Source: a virus
Lineage: Duplodnaviria > Caudoviricetes
Virus record (IMG/VR): IMGVR_UViG_3300032163_000017
Span: 1-56,829 of that record
Length of the DNA stretch: 56,829 bases
Reading direction: 5' to 3' (one strand)
Positions within the stretch are counted from its first letter, which is position 1; the number at the start of each line of letters is the position of its first letter. The notes under the pieces are model-generated. The model had not been told where the DNA came from, ran no database searches, and saw only the letters and a program-made list of their open reading frames with translations. Position numbers and translations under genes: made by a program. Below are positions 8,397-16,603 of this stretch, one piece after another.

Positions 8397-9353
8397 ATGA
8401 ATCAACCAATCAAAATCGGTATTGAGAGTAAGATGTTTGATAATTTTTCATTAGACTGCTATCGAAACTGCCCTGAGTATTATCATAAAAGAATAGTTCA
8501 AGGGGTGATTAAACCTGGAGCTAAAAAGATAGCTGCTGATTTTGGAACGTGCATCCACCTCTCTTTAGAGCATTTCTATAAGAATGGGATGACTGACAAA
8601 GCTATCCAAGAAGCAATGAACCTCTTTCTTTCCTCTTTTGAGAAACTCCAAGATGACACCGATGACAAACGCACTCTGGGAAAGGGGCTGGAGATACTGG
8701 GAAAGTATTTCTCCCGCTACCATCATGAACCATTCAATGTAGTGGATACAGAGGTGGGAGGGGCGGTTGAGTTAGGGGACTATCTTTACACCTTTAGGAT
8801 TGACCTTATTGCTGAGTGGCAATCTCCAAAAGGGATATATGGGTTTGATCATAAGACAACCTCTTCCCTCTCCAGGATGGTGGTTAAGCCACACAATCAG
8901 GTGGCGGGTTATGTTTATGTTCTCAATCAGCATTATGAGAATGTGTTGGGATTTATCCTGAACACGATTGGAGTTTATAAAGCAACAGAGGAGATGGATA
9001 AGGGGGCTCCAAAGGTTATCTCTCCCAAGACTGGTAAACCTATCTATGCTATGAAAGAGAGAGAGATATTGGTAAGGATGCCTACCTCTCGATCACAGGT
9101 TGAGGTGGATCAATGGAAGAAGGAGACAATCTATCTTATTCATCAGATTGAAGAGTGTCAGAAGGAGGGTGTCTGGCCAAGGAGAACCAATTTCTGCACC
9201 GCTTATGCCTCTAAGTGTCAATATCTTGACCTATGTCAGGCTCAAGAACCAGAAAGGATACTGGATGCGTTGATTGCAAGTGAGGTTTATGCTGTTGATC
9301 CGTGGCAACCTTATAAGAATGAGGGGGAGGTTGTGGAGGAGGAGGTGGGATAA
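8397..9353 (+). CDS. Cas4/RecB-like PD-(D/E)XK exonuclease with probable 4Fe-4S cluster
   Basis: N-terminal CP, GTCIH, RIDL, DHKT, QxxxY and C-terminal C-x6-C-x5-C. Confidence 0.88.
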   Translation: MNQPIKIGIESKMFDNFSLDCYRNCPEYYHKRIVQGVIKPGAKKIAADFGTCIHLSLEHFYKNGMTDKAIQEAMNLFLSSFEKLQDDTDDKRTLGKGLEILGKYFSRYHHEPFNVVDTEVGGAVELGDYLYTFRIDLIAEWQSPKGIYGFDHKTTSSLSRMVVKPHNQVAGYVYVLNQHYENVLGFILNTIGVYKATEEMDKGAPKVISPKTGKPIYAMKEREILVRMPTSRSQVEVDQWKKETIYLIHQIEECQKEGVWPRRTNFCTAYASKCQYLDLCQAQEPERILDALIASEVYAVDPWQPYKNEGEVVEEEVG

Positions 9354-9354
9354 G

Positions 9355-9471
9355 ATGAAAACTAAACCCTGCCCAAAGTGTCAGAGTAAGATGATCATCT
9401 CCATCAAGGGATGGATGTGTCTGAGATGCTTTGAAGTTGTTGGGTTTAAGGAAGGAGGTGAAACAGAATGA
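9355..9471 (+). CDS. Small Zn-ribbon protein
   Basis: MKTKPCPKC...WMCLRC after RBS GGAGGT. Confidence 0.65.
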   Translation: MKTKPCPKCQSKMIISIKGWMCLRCFEVVGFKEGGETE

Positions 9472-9737
9472 GTGCTTACCCGAGACCAATCCACTGTACA
9501 GATTGTGAAAGGGATTTTACCCCTGAGAGAAATGGTGTTTGACTTTTAGAGATGGCCAATTTTGGGCCTTACAAATTATGGCCAGCTGATCTATGGATGT
9601 GTCATGGATGCGGGAAGAAGATTATTTCTGGTTATAGTCAGAGAGGGATAGAACATCATGAGAAAGATTTTGAAGTTCTTTTAGAGCAGGCAAAGAGGTC
9701 TGGTTATCTTTATTATAATTATACGAAAGGAGATTAA
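9468..9737 (+). CDS. Zn-ribbon protein interrupted by an in-frame TGA at 9540-9542 (recoded or pseudogene)
   Basis: RBS AGGAGGTGA then MSAYPRPIHCTDC...NGV*LLEMANF...WMCHGC in a single frame; the two CxxC pairs flank the TGA. Confidence 0.7.
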
Positions 9738-9739
9738 CC

Positions 9740-9934
9740 GTGTCAGAGTTTACCTGTCAACAAGGTCACTTATTATCTTCTCATGAAATGATCAAAGGAA
9801 GATGTTACTGTGGTGCAAGAATTTGTAGAATGGATGGGATGTCAGGGAGGGAGTTGGCTGAGATAGATAAAGAATGGGACAGGAAGGTTAGAGAGCAAGA
9901 GGAAGAAGAGGAGGAGAAAGATGCCTCTTTATGA
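9740..9934 (+). CDS. Small Cys/His Zn-binding protein with acidic tail
   Basis: CxxGH...CYCG; RBS AGGAG. Confidence 0.7.
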   Translation: MSEFTCQQGHLLSSHEMIKGRCYCGARICRMDGMSGRELAEIDKEWDRKVREQEEEEEEKDASL

Positions 9935-10190
9935 GTATGAGTGTTCTCAGTGTGGTTATGTAGGAGAGACAATGCTCCCTTTATCAAGATGTGATGAGGA
10001 ACAATATTGTCCTACCTGCTTAATTCGAGATGAAGTAGAAATAGTTTTAAAGAAGCTGTTTAATAAGCTAACCACCTCCTGGAAGGATAAAGATCGTAAG
10101 TGGGGAACATCCCTCTATCGAAAGCATGATGGGAAGGAAAAGGTGAAAGCCCCAAAGATGCCAACTTACATTCCAAGAGGATTAAAATAG
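9921..10190 (+). CDS. FmdB-family zinc-ribbon protein
   Basis: MPLYEYECSQCG...CPTC signature. Confidence 0.85.
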   Translation: MPLYEYECSQCGYVGETMLPLSRCDEEQYCPTCLIRDEVEIVLKKLFNKLTTSWKDKDRKWGTSLYRKHDGKEKVKAPKMPTYIPRGLK

Positions 10191-10191
10191 G

Positions 10192-10389
10192 ATGAACTTG
10201 CAAAGATTAAATCAGATATTGATTGGAAAGGGTGGATTGACAAAAGACCAAAGAGTCCGGTCTATGAGGAATGACGGCCAGTGGTGGCGTTGCGGGGAAA
10301 TCATTCCGTGGAGAGCTGAGGAAAGATTATATTGCAGGAGTATGAATAGTTCCTGCCCGACCTGCCTTGAAAGGAGGGGAAATGAATAA
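10192..10389 (+). CDS. Hypothetical protein overlapping a degenerate tRNA-like element
   Basis: Operonic ORF; C-terminal CPTC is encoded by the repeated TCCTGCCCGACCTG. Confidence 0.5.
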   Translation: MNLQRLNQILIGKGGLTKDQRVRSMRNDGQWWRCGEIIPWRAEERLYCRSMNSSCPTCLERRGNE

Positions 10390-10576
10390 ACCATACCTGC
10401 TTGACAACGAACCAATGACGGCGGAAGAACTGATTCATGCAGCTGTAAAACTTGACCATTCATATTTCTGTCAATGGCTTAGACAAACATCTGTGGCAAC
10501 AATCATTTTACGATCACATGGGCATATCGTGGAGGAGAATATCCTGCCCGACCTGTTTCAAAAGGAGAATTTATGA
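10382..10576 (+). CDS. Hypothetical protein
   Basis: RBS AGGAGGGG before ATG 10382. Confidence 0.65.
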   Translation: MNKPYLLDNEPMTAEELIHAAVKLDHSYFCQWLRQTSVATIILRSHGHIVEENILPDLFQKENL

Positions 10577-10680
10577 GAAGATGCCCTAATTGTGGTAGTG
10601 AATTAGTACCCGATGAAGATTGTAATGGAAATATAGTTTATAGGTGTTTGAACTGCACGACTATTGTTACAAAAATCTAA
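10573..10680 (+). CDS. Small Zn-ribbon protein (35 aa)
   Basis: MRRCPNCGSEL...YRCLNC; RBS AAGGAG. Confidence 0.65.
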   Translation: MRRCPNCGSELVPDEDCNGNIVYRCLNCTTIVTKI

Positions 10681-10683
10681 TAC

Positions 10684-10774
10684 AGGTCGGTGGCGAAAGC
10701 CTGGTGTGGAGACGACTATGAAAAGTAGCAGGGAAGCAGGGAAGCAGGGATGCACGGGAATCCTGCCCGATCTA
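10684..10774 (+). ncRNA. Degenerate tRNA-like element
   Basis: Acceptor stem AGGTCGG/CCGATCT plus A, D-arm-like TGGCGAAA..TGGT..AGACG, T-arm-like GCAGG..GAATCCTGC; no proper anticodon arm; intergenic. Confidence 0.55.
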
Positions 10775-10797
10775 CCCTCTAATGAAGGGAGGAGAAG

Positions 10798-11088
10798 ATG
10801 TATTGTGTATGTGGAAGAGAACTTACTTCAACTGCTGCAAGTTGTTGGGAAACTTCTACGATAGATTCTCAGGGTAAAGTTATATCTGGAACCTGCATCC
10901 ACGGAAAATACTTTCCTCCAGTTAAGGAGGGGAAGATGATTCAGGATGAGAGATATAAATTTCCTAACGCCCCGATGGATGACTGGATTAACGTTGGTAA
11001 ATTTGATGATTTTCTAACTGGGAAAAAGCAATTAATCATTTATGCCAATACAAGCCAAATGGTATGGCATATGGGAGTGATAAACTAA
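10798..11088 (+). CDS. Hypothetical Cys-containing protein
   Basis: RBS GGAGG; MYCVCG...CIHG. Confidence 0.6.
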   Translation: MYCVCGRELTSTAASCWETSTIDSQGKVISGTCIHGKYFPPVKEGKMIQDERYKFPNAPMDDWINVGKFDDFLTGKKQLIIYANTSQMVWHMGVIN

Positions 11089-11099
11089 GGAGGGGAAAA

Positions 11100-11369
11100 A
11101 TGAGTGCAAACATAGGTACTTATGAGTTGATAATGAAGTGGAATGAGGCTAAGCAATCTGTTGAGAGTTTAAAGCAAAGACTCAACTCAGCAGAATGTGA
11201 ATTGAGCAATGCGACCAGTAAACTTGGTGATAATCTTTTCCCTAAAGATGCTATACCCAATGAGATGTTTGCTATCTGGGTTAATGGAGAGAAACTTGGT
11301 ATACCTGGAGATGTATTACTTCAGGTCTCTGTGTTGAACGGTAATTATAAGGTTACTCTACGAAAGTAG
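11100..11369 (+). CDS. Hypothetical coiled-coil protein
   Basis: RBS AAGGAGGGG before ATG 11100. Confidence 0.75.
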   Translation: MSANIGTYELIMKWNEAKQSVESLKQRLNSAECELSNATSKLGDNLFPKDAIPNEMFAIWVNGEKLGIPGDVLLQVSVLNGNYKVTLRK

Positions 11370-11406
11370 CTCATTGGTCGTTAACTTAATCTTAAAGGAG
11401 GAAAGG

Positions 11407-12243
11407 ATGAGCAAAAAAAATATCGTCTTAATAAGTGAACCAGGTGCTGGAAAGACCACCTCTCTTGAGACTCTCCCAGGAGGAACAGTTGATTTTAATA
11501 CAGATCCTGGTGGATGGAAATCTTTGGAGAGGGAGGGAGCTGCATTACAGGAAGCGTTGAAGGTTGGAAGGAAACCAAAGAAGTTAATCCATGCACCCAA
11601 TCTTAGAGAATGGTTAAAAGATCCAAACAACAAACTCCAACCAGATAATATTCTCATTATTGATTACTCCATCTATGCTATCCCGATGAATGTAGCCATG
11701 CTCACCAATTATGATTCAAAGGTTTATTTTGATCTTGGACAGGACATCAATGCGTTAGAGAAGGTTGGGAAGGAAAGAGGGATCTGTCATTTTGCAATCG
11801 ACTCTTTGACAGGGTTACAATGGTATGTTCTACATGGGATGGTTAACCTTGCTGGTCATACTGCAAAAGGAACATCGATGTATTCATATGGACTGGCGAT
11901 TGAGAAGATGAGAGAAATCATTGATACCTGCTGCCACCTTCCTTTTGATTTCATCTTAACCACCCATGTTGAATCAGAAAAGGATGAGATTATTGGGAAG
12001 ATCCAAGAGACAATCTTACTCTATGGACGTAAATTGCCTGGGATCATCTTATCTATGATTGATGATATCTACTACTGTTCGATGTCAACGATCAGTGGGA
12101 AGAAGGAGTATTTCTTTGAGACCCAGCCACAGATGTTCCTCCGTATCATTCGTCAGAGATCATTTGATAATCTCCCAATCAAATTGAAACCAAACTTTGC
12201 GGAGTTATATAAAGGACAACTCTTCTGTGGAGAATCAAAGTGA
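11407..12243 (+). CDS. AAA_24/Sak4-like ATPase (phage recombinase family)
   Basis: Walker A EPGAGKTT, Walker B FAIDSLT, ILTTH motif; context with nuclease and SSB. Confidence 0.8.
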   Translation: MSKKNIVLISEPGAGKTTSLETLPGGTVDFNTDPGGWKSLEREGAALQEALKVGRKPKKLIHAPNLREWLKDPNNKLQPDNILIIDYSIYAIPMNVAMLTNYDSKVYFDLGQDINALEKVGKERGICHFAIDSLTGLQWYVLHGMVNLAGHTAKGTSMYSYGLAIEKMREIIDTCCHLPFDFILTTHVESEKDEIIGKIQETILLYGRKLPGIILSMIDDIYYCSMSTISGKKEYFFETQPQMFLRIIRQRSFDNLPIKLKPNFAELYKGQLFCGESK

Positions 12244-12422
12244 AGATGGCAAGAGGAAAATGTGGCAGGAAACGATCCTACCTCTCTGAGAGTGATGCCT
12301 TTATTGCTGCCAGCACACAATTAAAGAAGAGGTTTAAGGAGGATGACTGGGTTAGCTTTAGGGCATATCTCTGTGAGAAGTGTAGGATGTGGCATTTAAC
12401 TAAACAGGGAGAGAGAAGGTGA
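12240..12422 (+). CDS. Small Zn-finger protein
   Basis: C-x-x-KRSY...RAYLCEKCRMWHLT. Confidence 0.75.
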   Translation: MKMARGKCGRKRSYLSESDAFIAASTQLKKRFKEDDWVSFRAYLCEKCRMWHLTKQGERR

Positions 12423-12703
12423 TAAAGATGACAGAGAACATGAGTCCAAAGATGTCTCCACAACCAATCGAGTTAACCAAACCAACATTGACGTTTGGTG
12501 AGTGTCTTGACCAGTTATTGTTAGGAAGGAAAGGAAGAAGGTTAGAGTGGGAGGATAAGGAGGTTTATATCATTATTCAAAATGAGCAGTTAATGATTTT
12601 TAGAACGGATGATAAAAAGCTACATCCTCTCATCGTATCAACAGGAGACATTGAGGGGATGGATTGGGTGTTGATAGAGGTGATTAAGGGGAAACTTTCA
12701 TAA
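12419..12703 (+). CDS. DUF2829/Tad2-like (Thoeris anti-defence) protein
   Basis: TFGECLDQLLLGRKGRRLEW...STGDIEGMDW fits the F..AL..L..G.K..R..W...D....DW pattern. Confidence 0.65.
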   Translation: MIKMTENMSPKMSPQPIELTKPTLTFGECLDQLLLGRKGRRLEWEDKEVYIIIQNEQLMIFRTDDKKLHPLIVSTGDIEGMDWVLIEVIKGKLS

Positions 12704-12722
12704 GGAGAGGAGGTGAGAAGAG

Positions 12723-12893
12723 ATGATGAAACTCAAACCAATTAAAGAGGATTTAAAAGAGAAGGCTGGAGAGGTGGTTGGGCAGTTGGAGGCTCAACGA
12801 GAAGACTTTCTAAACCAAGTTGACTTTCTCAAAGCTAAGGTGGATGATGTTGAAAGAAAGATCCGCTGGCTGAAGAGAGAGATTCTTGACTGA
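12723..12893 (+). CDS. Small coiled-coil protein (56 aa)
   Basis: RBS GGAGGTGA; absent from the ORF track. Confidence 0.6.
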   Translation: MMKLKPIKEDLKEKAGEVVGQLEAQREDFLNQVDFLKAKVDDVERKIRWLKREILD

Positions 12894-12960
12894 AGGGAGG
12901 TGGAAAGGAGAAGAGAAGTAAGTTAATGGTAAACAATCCAACAACAAAAGGAGGATAGTT

Positions 12961-13437
12961 ATGGCACCAATCGATTTAGGAATAGGTTTTGAGGAGTTAG
13001 AAAGGATGGCAAAGCCACCCCTCTTCCCAGACGGTTCATATGAGTTTGTGGTGGAGAAGGTGGATGACTCCCCTGTGCAACAGTCAAAGAGACCTCAGTG
13101 GCGATTCCAATTAAGGCCAGTTAATCGTCCTGATCTTGAAAGTGATTCTAAGTATAAAGGTCGTTCACTTTTCTATTACGCTCAGCTTCCTTGGATTGAT
13201 CCTGATACAGGAAGGTGGGATTACACCAACACCTTCTCCCTTGTTGCCATTATTAATGGAACAGGGATGCAGGTGCAAGGGACATCGATCCCTGATAAGG
13301 AGGTGTTTCAAGGGAAGACTGGGGTGATGAAGCTTGGGCATCGAACAAGGAAAGGGACGGAGGGAGATCCCGAGCCTACCATCGATCAAGCTGTCTCCAT
13401 CGTGACAAAGAGGAAAGGTGGAGGGACGGTGGCTTAA
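12961..13437 (+). CDS. DUF669-like single-stranded DNA-binding protein
   Basis: PLFPDGSYEFVVEKV OB-fold-like start; near the Sak4-like ATPase. Confidence 0.6.
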   Translation: MAPIDLGIGFEELERMAKPPLFPDGSYEFVVEKVDDSPVQQSKRPQWRFQLRPVNRPDLESDSKYKGRSLFYYAQLPWIDPDTGRWDYTNTFSLVAIINGTGMQVQGTSIPDKEVFQGKTGVMKLGHRTRKGTEGDPEPTIDQAVSIVTKRKGGGTVA

Positions 13438-13541
13438 CCTCAAACCGTGTCACTTATTGACACACTATCTCAACCTACCAAGTTGAGAGAGAAAGAGATC
13501 CTCAAACCAAACTCAAATTGAAAAAGGAGGATATTCATCCT

Positions 13542-13826
13542 ATGAAAAAGGTTCAGATTAAAGCAACATCAGGTTCGAAAGGAAAGCCAGATTTTAAGGA
13601 GACAGTTGGTGAGGCACCTCAATATGAGTCTATTGCTGAAGCAATCAAGACTCTTAAAGAGGAAGGTGTGTTAGCTCTCATCAATCGTCAGGTTAAGACT
13701 GATGCTCTCAATGCGTTGAGGAAACCTTCTGAGGCAAGCCTTGGTAGGTTAGTAAGTAAGGCTCCTGCAGAAGCAAAGGAGAAGATTGCTGATATCCTGA
13801 AGAAGTATGGTATTAAGGTGGATTAA
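13542..13826 (+). CDS. Hypothetical basic protein enclosed by complementary RNA elements
   Basis: RBS AAGGAGG; flanked by hairpins and a long-range complementary pair. Confidence 0.8.
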   Translation: MKKVQIKATSGSKGKPDFKETVGEAPQYESIAEAIKTLKEEGVLALINRQVKTDALNALRKPSEASLGRLVSKAPAEAKEKIADILKKYGIKVD

Positions 13827-13834
13827 CTTTTCAG

Positions 13835-13887
13835 CCTCACCTTGGTAGGTAGGTGAGGGAAGGATCTCTTTTTCTCTTTATTTTTTT
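13835..13887 (+). terminator. Hairpin and T-rich tract, probable terminator or processing site
   Basis: CCTCACCT-loop-AGGTGAGG followed by a T-rich run. Confidence 0.5.
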
Positions 13888-14065
13888 AAACTTTAACTGT
13901 AAGGAGGAATAAAGATTAAAGCAAAACAGAAGATGGTTATGTTAGAAGTGAAAACAAACTTGAATAATAATGATCTTAAAAATGCCATAAGAAGCATTGT
14001 ATCCACCATGACTGCAATTGAAGTTATCCAGGTACAGGTCAATCTCATCAAGGAGGAAAGTTAAG

Positions 14066-14275
14066 ATGCCCAAAATAACAATCACATTTGGAGAAGGCCC
14101 AACTCAGATTGAAGGGCCAATCGAGAATAAGGCGATGTGCTATCATGCTATCCTTGATGCCATCTTAGCTTTGATAGAGTACGAACCAAAGAAGATTATC
14201 TCAGGGATGGTTCTCCCATTTGACCCAACGAAGGGCGGAGGGGGGATTCCAAGAGGGATGGGAGGGAGAGGATAA
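14066..14275 (+). CDS. Hypothetical protein
   Basis: RBS AAGGAGG before ATG 14066. Confidence 0.7.
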   Translation: MPKITITFGEGPTQIEGPIENKAMCYHAILDAILALIEYEPKKIISGMVLPFDPTKGGGGIPRGMGGRG

Positions 14276-14478
14276 TGTTTACAGCACAACATTACATTAA
14301 AGTGGCTAAGGTGCTTAGGGAGACTAAAACTGTAGGTGAGACTTCTCTGTGGCATAAAGATTTTCTCACCCATAAATTTGCAGAGATGTTTCAAGCAGAC
14401 AATCCACTTTTTGATTATGGGTTGTTTATTGATGAGTGTCAACCTTTAGAGGTGGAAAGGAAACAAAATGGAAATTGA
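14275..14478 (+). CDS. Small phage protein (DNPxFD motif)
   Basis: HY..VA..L...FA..F..DNPLFD...F...C pattern resembling a recurring phage family. Confidence 0.75.
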   Translation: MFTAQHYIKVAKVLRETKTVGETSLWHKDFLTHKFAEMFQADNPLFDYGLFIDECQPLEVERKQNGN

Positions 14479-15775
14479 AATTGATAAGATAATTATCTCA
14501 CCTGACAGGCAAAGAAAAGTCTTTGACCCAGACAAGCTTCAAGAGTTAGCCGAGTCGATTAGGGTGAATGGATTAATCCATCCAGTCATCATTGATGAGC
14601 ATGACACCCTTATGGCAGGACAGAGAAGGGTGATGGCAAGTCTTATCATTGGAAAGACCACCATCAGGTTTGAAAGGTTTGAGGGATTGAATGAGTGGCA
14701 AAAAAAATCAATAGAGTTAGAGGAGAATATAAGAAGGGAGAGTCTAACTTGGCAGGAGGAAATCAATGCTAAGATGGAGATTCATGAGTTGTATCAGAAG
14801 AAGTATGGAGCATTGAGAGAGGGAAGCAAGAAGCTGGTCACTGTGGATGGAGAAGAGATTGGATGGGGGATTGGAGACACTGCTGACCTTCTGGGAGAGA
14901 GCCGAGCCTCTGTCTCTCAAGACCTTAAACTTGCCAGAGCGATTAAGGATGACCCTGACCTTGCCAGGAAGGATAGTAAGGTGGCAGCTTTTAAAGCCTT
15001 ACAGGTTAGGACTGAGTTAGCTATGAAGCAAGAGATTGCAGCTGTTCTTGCAGGGGTGGCAGCGGAGAAAGGGGAGTCTCCAATTATGATAAGGTGTGGA
15101 GACTCACGAGAGCTGCTTAAAGAGTATGATGATGAAAGCTTTGATTTCTGTGTGACTGACCCTCAGTATGGAATCGGTGTCCACGATATGCAGGATACCT
15201 TCCCAAACAGAGGAGATGTAAGGCAGGGGATTGAGTTTGATGACAGTCGATCCGTCTTGCAAGATGTGGTTAAACCAATCATGAGGGAGACCTATCGTAT
15301 TCTTAAAGAGGAAAGTCACTGTTATGTTTTCTTCGCCATTGCTCGTTACACAGAGGTTAAAGTATTACTGGAAGAGGTAGGGTTTTGGGTGTGTCCAACA
15401 CCCCTTTTCTGGATTAAGAATAATGCTTTGAACCTTAGACCCTGGCTGACCTATCCTGTCAACTATGAACCCATCTTCTATTGTGCAAAAGGCTATCCTC
15501 CTCGTCCCCTTACCACCATCCAACCTCTTTCCACCATCAATCATCCCATCCTTAGTGGGATGGGGAAGGTCCATCCAACAGAGAAACCCCTCTTTGTGAT
15601 TAAGTGGTTGATTGGGAATTGCTCATCACCTAAAGAGAAAGGGATTGATCCATTCTTAGGAGGGGGGACATTCACCCTTGCGTGTAAGGAGATGGATAGG
15701 TTGGCGGTGGGGATTGAGGTTGATCAAGTGTGGTACGTTGAGGCACTCAAGAGATTGGAAAATTTAGGTGAATAG
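14468..15775 (+). CDS. ParB-like domain (plus HTH) fused to an N4/N6 DNA methyltransferase
   Basis: ELAESIRVNGLIHP, AGQRR, EENIRR, HTH; catalytic TDPQY, HPTEKP, SAM motif DPFLGGGT (beta-class order). Confidence 0.9.
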   Translation: MEIEIDKIIISPDRQRKVFDPDKLQELAESIRVNGLIHPVIIDEHDTLMAGQRRVMASLIIGKTTIRFERFEGLNEWQKKSIELEENIRRESLTWQEEINAKMEIHELYQKKYGALREGSKKLVTVDGEEIGWGIGDTADLLGESRASVSQDLKLARAIKDDPDLARKDSKVAAFKALQVRTELAMKQEIAAVLAGVAAEKGESPIMIRCGDSRELLKEYDDESFDFCVTDPQYGIGVHDMQDTFPNRGDVRQGIEFDDSRSVLQDVVKPIMRETYRILKEESHCYVFFAIARYTEVKVLLEEVGFWVCPTPLFWIKNNALNLRPWLTYPVNYEPIFYCAKGYPPRPLTTIQPLSTINHPILSGMGKVHPTEKPLFVIKWLIGNCSSPKEKGIDPFLGGGTFTLACKEMDRLAVGIEVDQVWYVEALKRLENLGE

Positions 15776-16412
15776 AGGAAGAAAGAGTTTTGGGTTAGAA
15801 AATCCTGACCCCCAACTTAAAAGGGAGATGTCACGAGTCTTGCTTGATCTTGCAGGAGAGCCCTTCTTCCCCTCAACACAGCTCTACCAGCTGGCGATGG
15901 CTCTCCTGATTGATAACCAGTCAGAGTTTCTTCTTGGGGTGATTGAAGAGGAAAAACATTTTAAAGAGGATTGGGAGGTGAATGGAATGGGAAGAGGTTG
16001 GAAAGTAGGGATTGAAGGAGAGGTGGCTAAGGTTTGGTTAGATGAGAATAAGGGTATCATCTGTGCTCGCTTTCCTTATAAAGATAAGGTGATTAATGAG
16101 ATTAGATTAAAAGTACCCAAAGGAAAGAAGAGTTGGAATCCAGATGATAAGGTGTGGGAGTTCTCGGTTGAGGCGATTGATGTTGTTGTTGCCATCCTGA
16201 CAGAGAATTTTGATAAGGTTATTGATTTGACTCGTCCAGCCCCACCGATGCCAGTCTCTTCTAATGGGGGAGACCCCCTCCTCTCCTTGTTGGATGAAGA
16301 GGATATCAATAAAATTTATAAGATGCTTGCAAGGAAGTATCATCCTGATATGGGAGGAGAGGGTGATAAGATGGCCAGGATCAATCAGATATTTAAAGGG
16401 AGGATGAAATGA
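15768..16412 (+). CDS. Protein with C-terminal truncated J-domain (HPD); probable internal start at 15987
   Basis: IYKMLARKYHPDMGG...MARIN; middle FPY...WNPDDKVWEF is HARP-like. Confidence 0.7.
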   Translation: MNRGRKSFGLENPDPQLKREMSRVLLDLAGEPFFPSTQLYQLAMALLIDNQSEFLLGVIEEEKHFKEDWEVNGMGRGWKVGIEGEVAKVWLDENKGIICARFPYKDKVINEIRLKVPKGKKSWNPDDKVWEFSVEAIDVVVAILTENFDKVIDLTRPAPPMPVSSNGGDPLLSLLDEEDINKIYKMLARKYHPDMGGEGDKMARINQIFKGRMK

Positions 16413-16603
16413 AACTTAGAGAGGAAAAGTGTTTCGTTCAGACAGATGATGTTGGTGCAGAACATGGTTACAGATTAACTTTTATCCAATCAGGATTTCG
16501 GGGTACATGGATTAAAGTATCAGAATGTTCTGATTACGATCTCAATGTAGGTTATGCTTCTGAGGAAGAAAATGAAGCTCTGAATAAACTTGAGAAAAAA
16601 TGA
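16409..16603 (+). CDS. Hypothetical protein
   Basis: ATGA coupling. Confidence 0.65.
   Translation: MKLREEKCFVQTDDVGAEHGYRLTFIQSGFRGTWIKVSECSDYDLNVGYASEEENEALNKLEKK

Noticed and set aside
8397-9353. CRISPR-Cas system
   Set aside because: Solo Cas4-like nuclease; no other cas genes and no repeat-spacer array seen
9540-9542. Genome-wide TGA reassignment
   Set aside because: Many genes end at TGA with ATGA coupling, and long genes are intact in the standard code
10684-10774. Functional tRNA gene
   Set aside because: No 5-bp anticodon stem, no TTC in the T-loop, no CCA; kept only as a tRNA-like element
13468-13878. Hammerhead ribozyme
   Set aside because: A loop-loop contact is present, but the CUGANGA and GAAA core sequences are not
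14468-15775. Plasmid-prophage partition system
   Set aside because: No ParA or replication initiator is evident, and the ParB domain is fused to a methyltransferase
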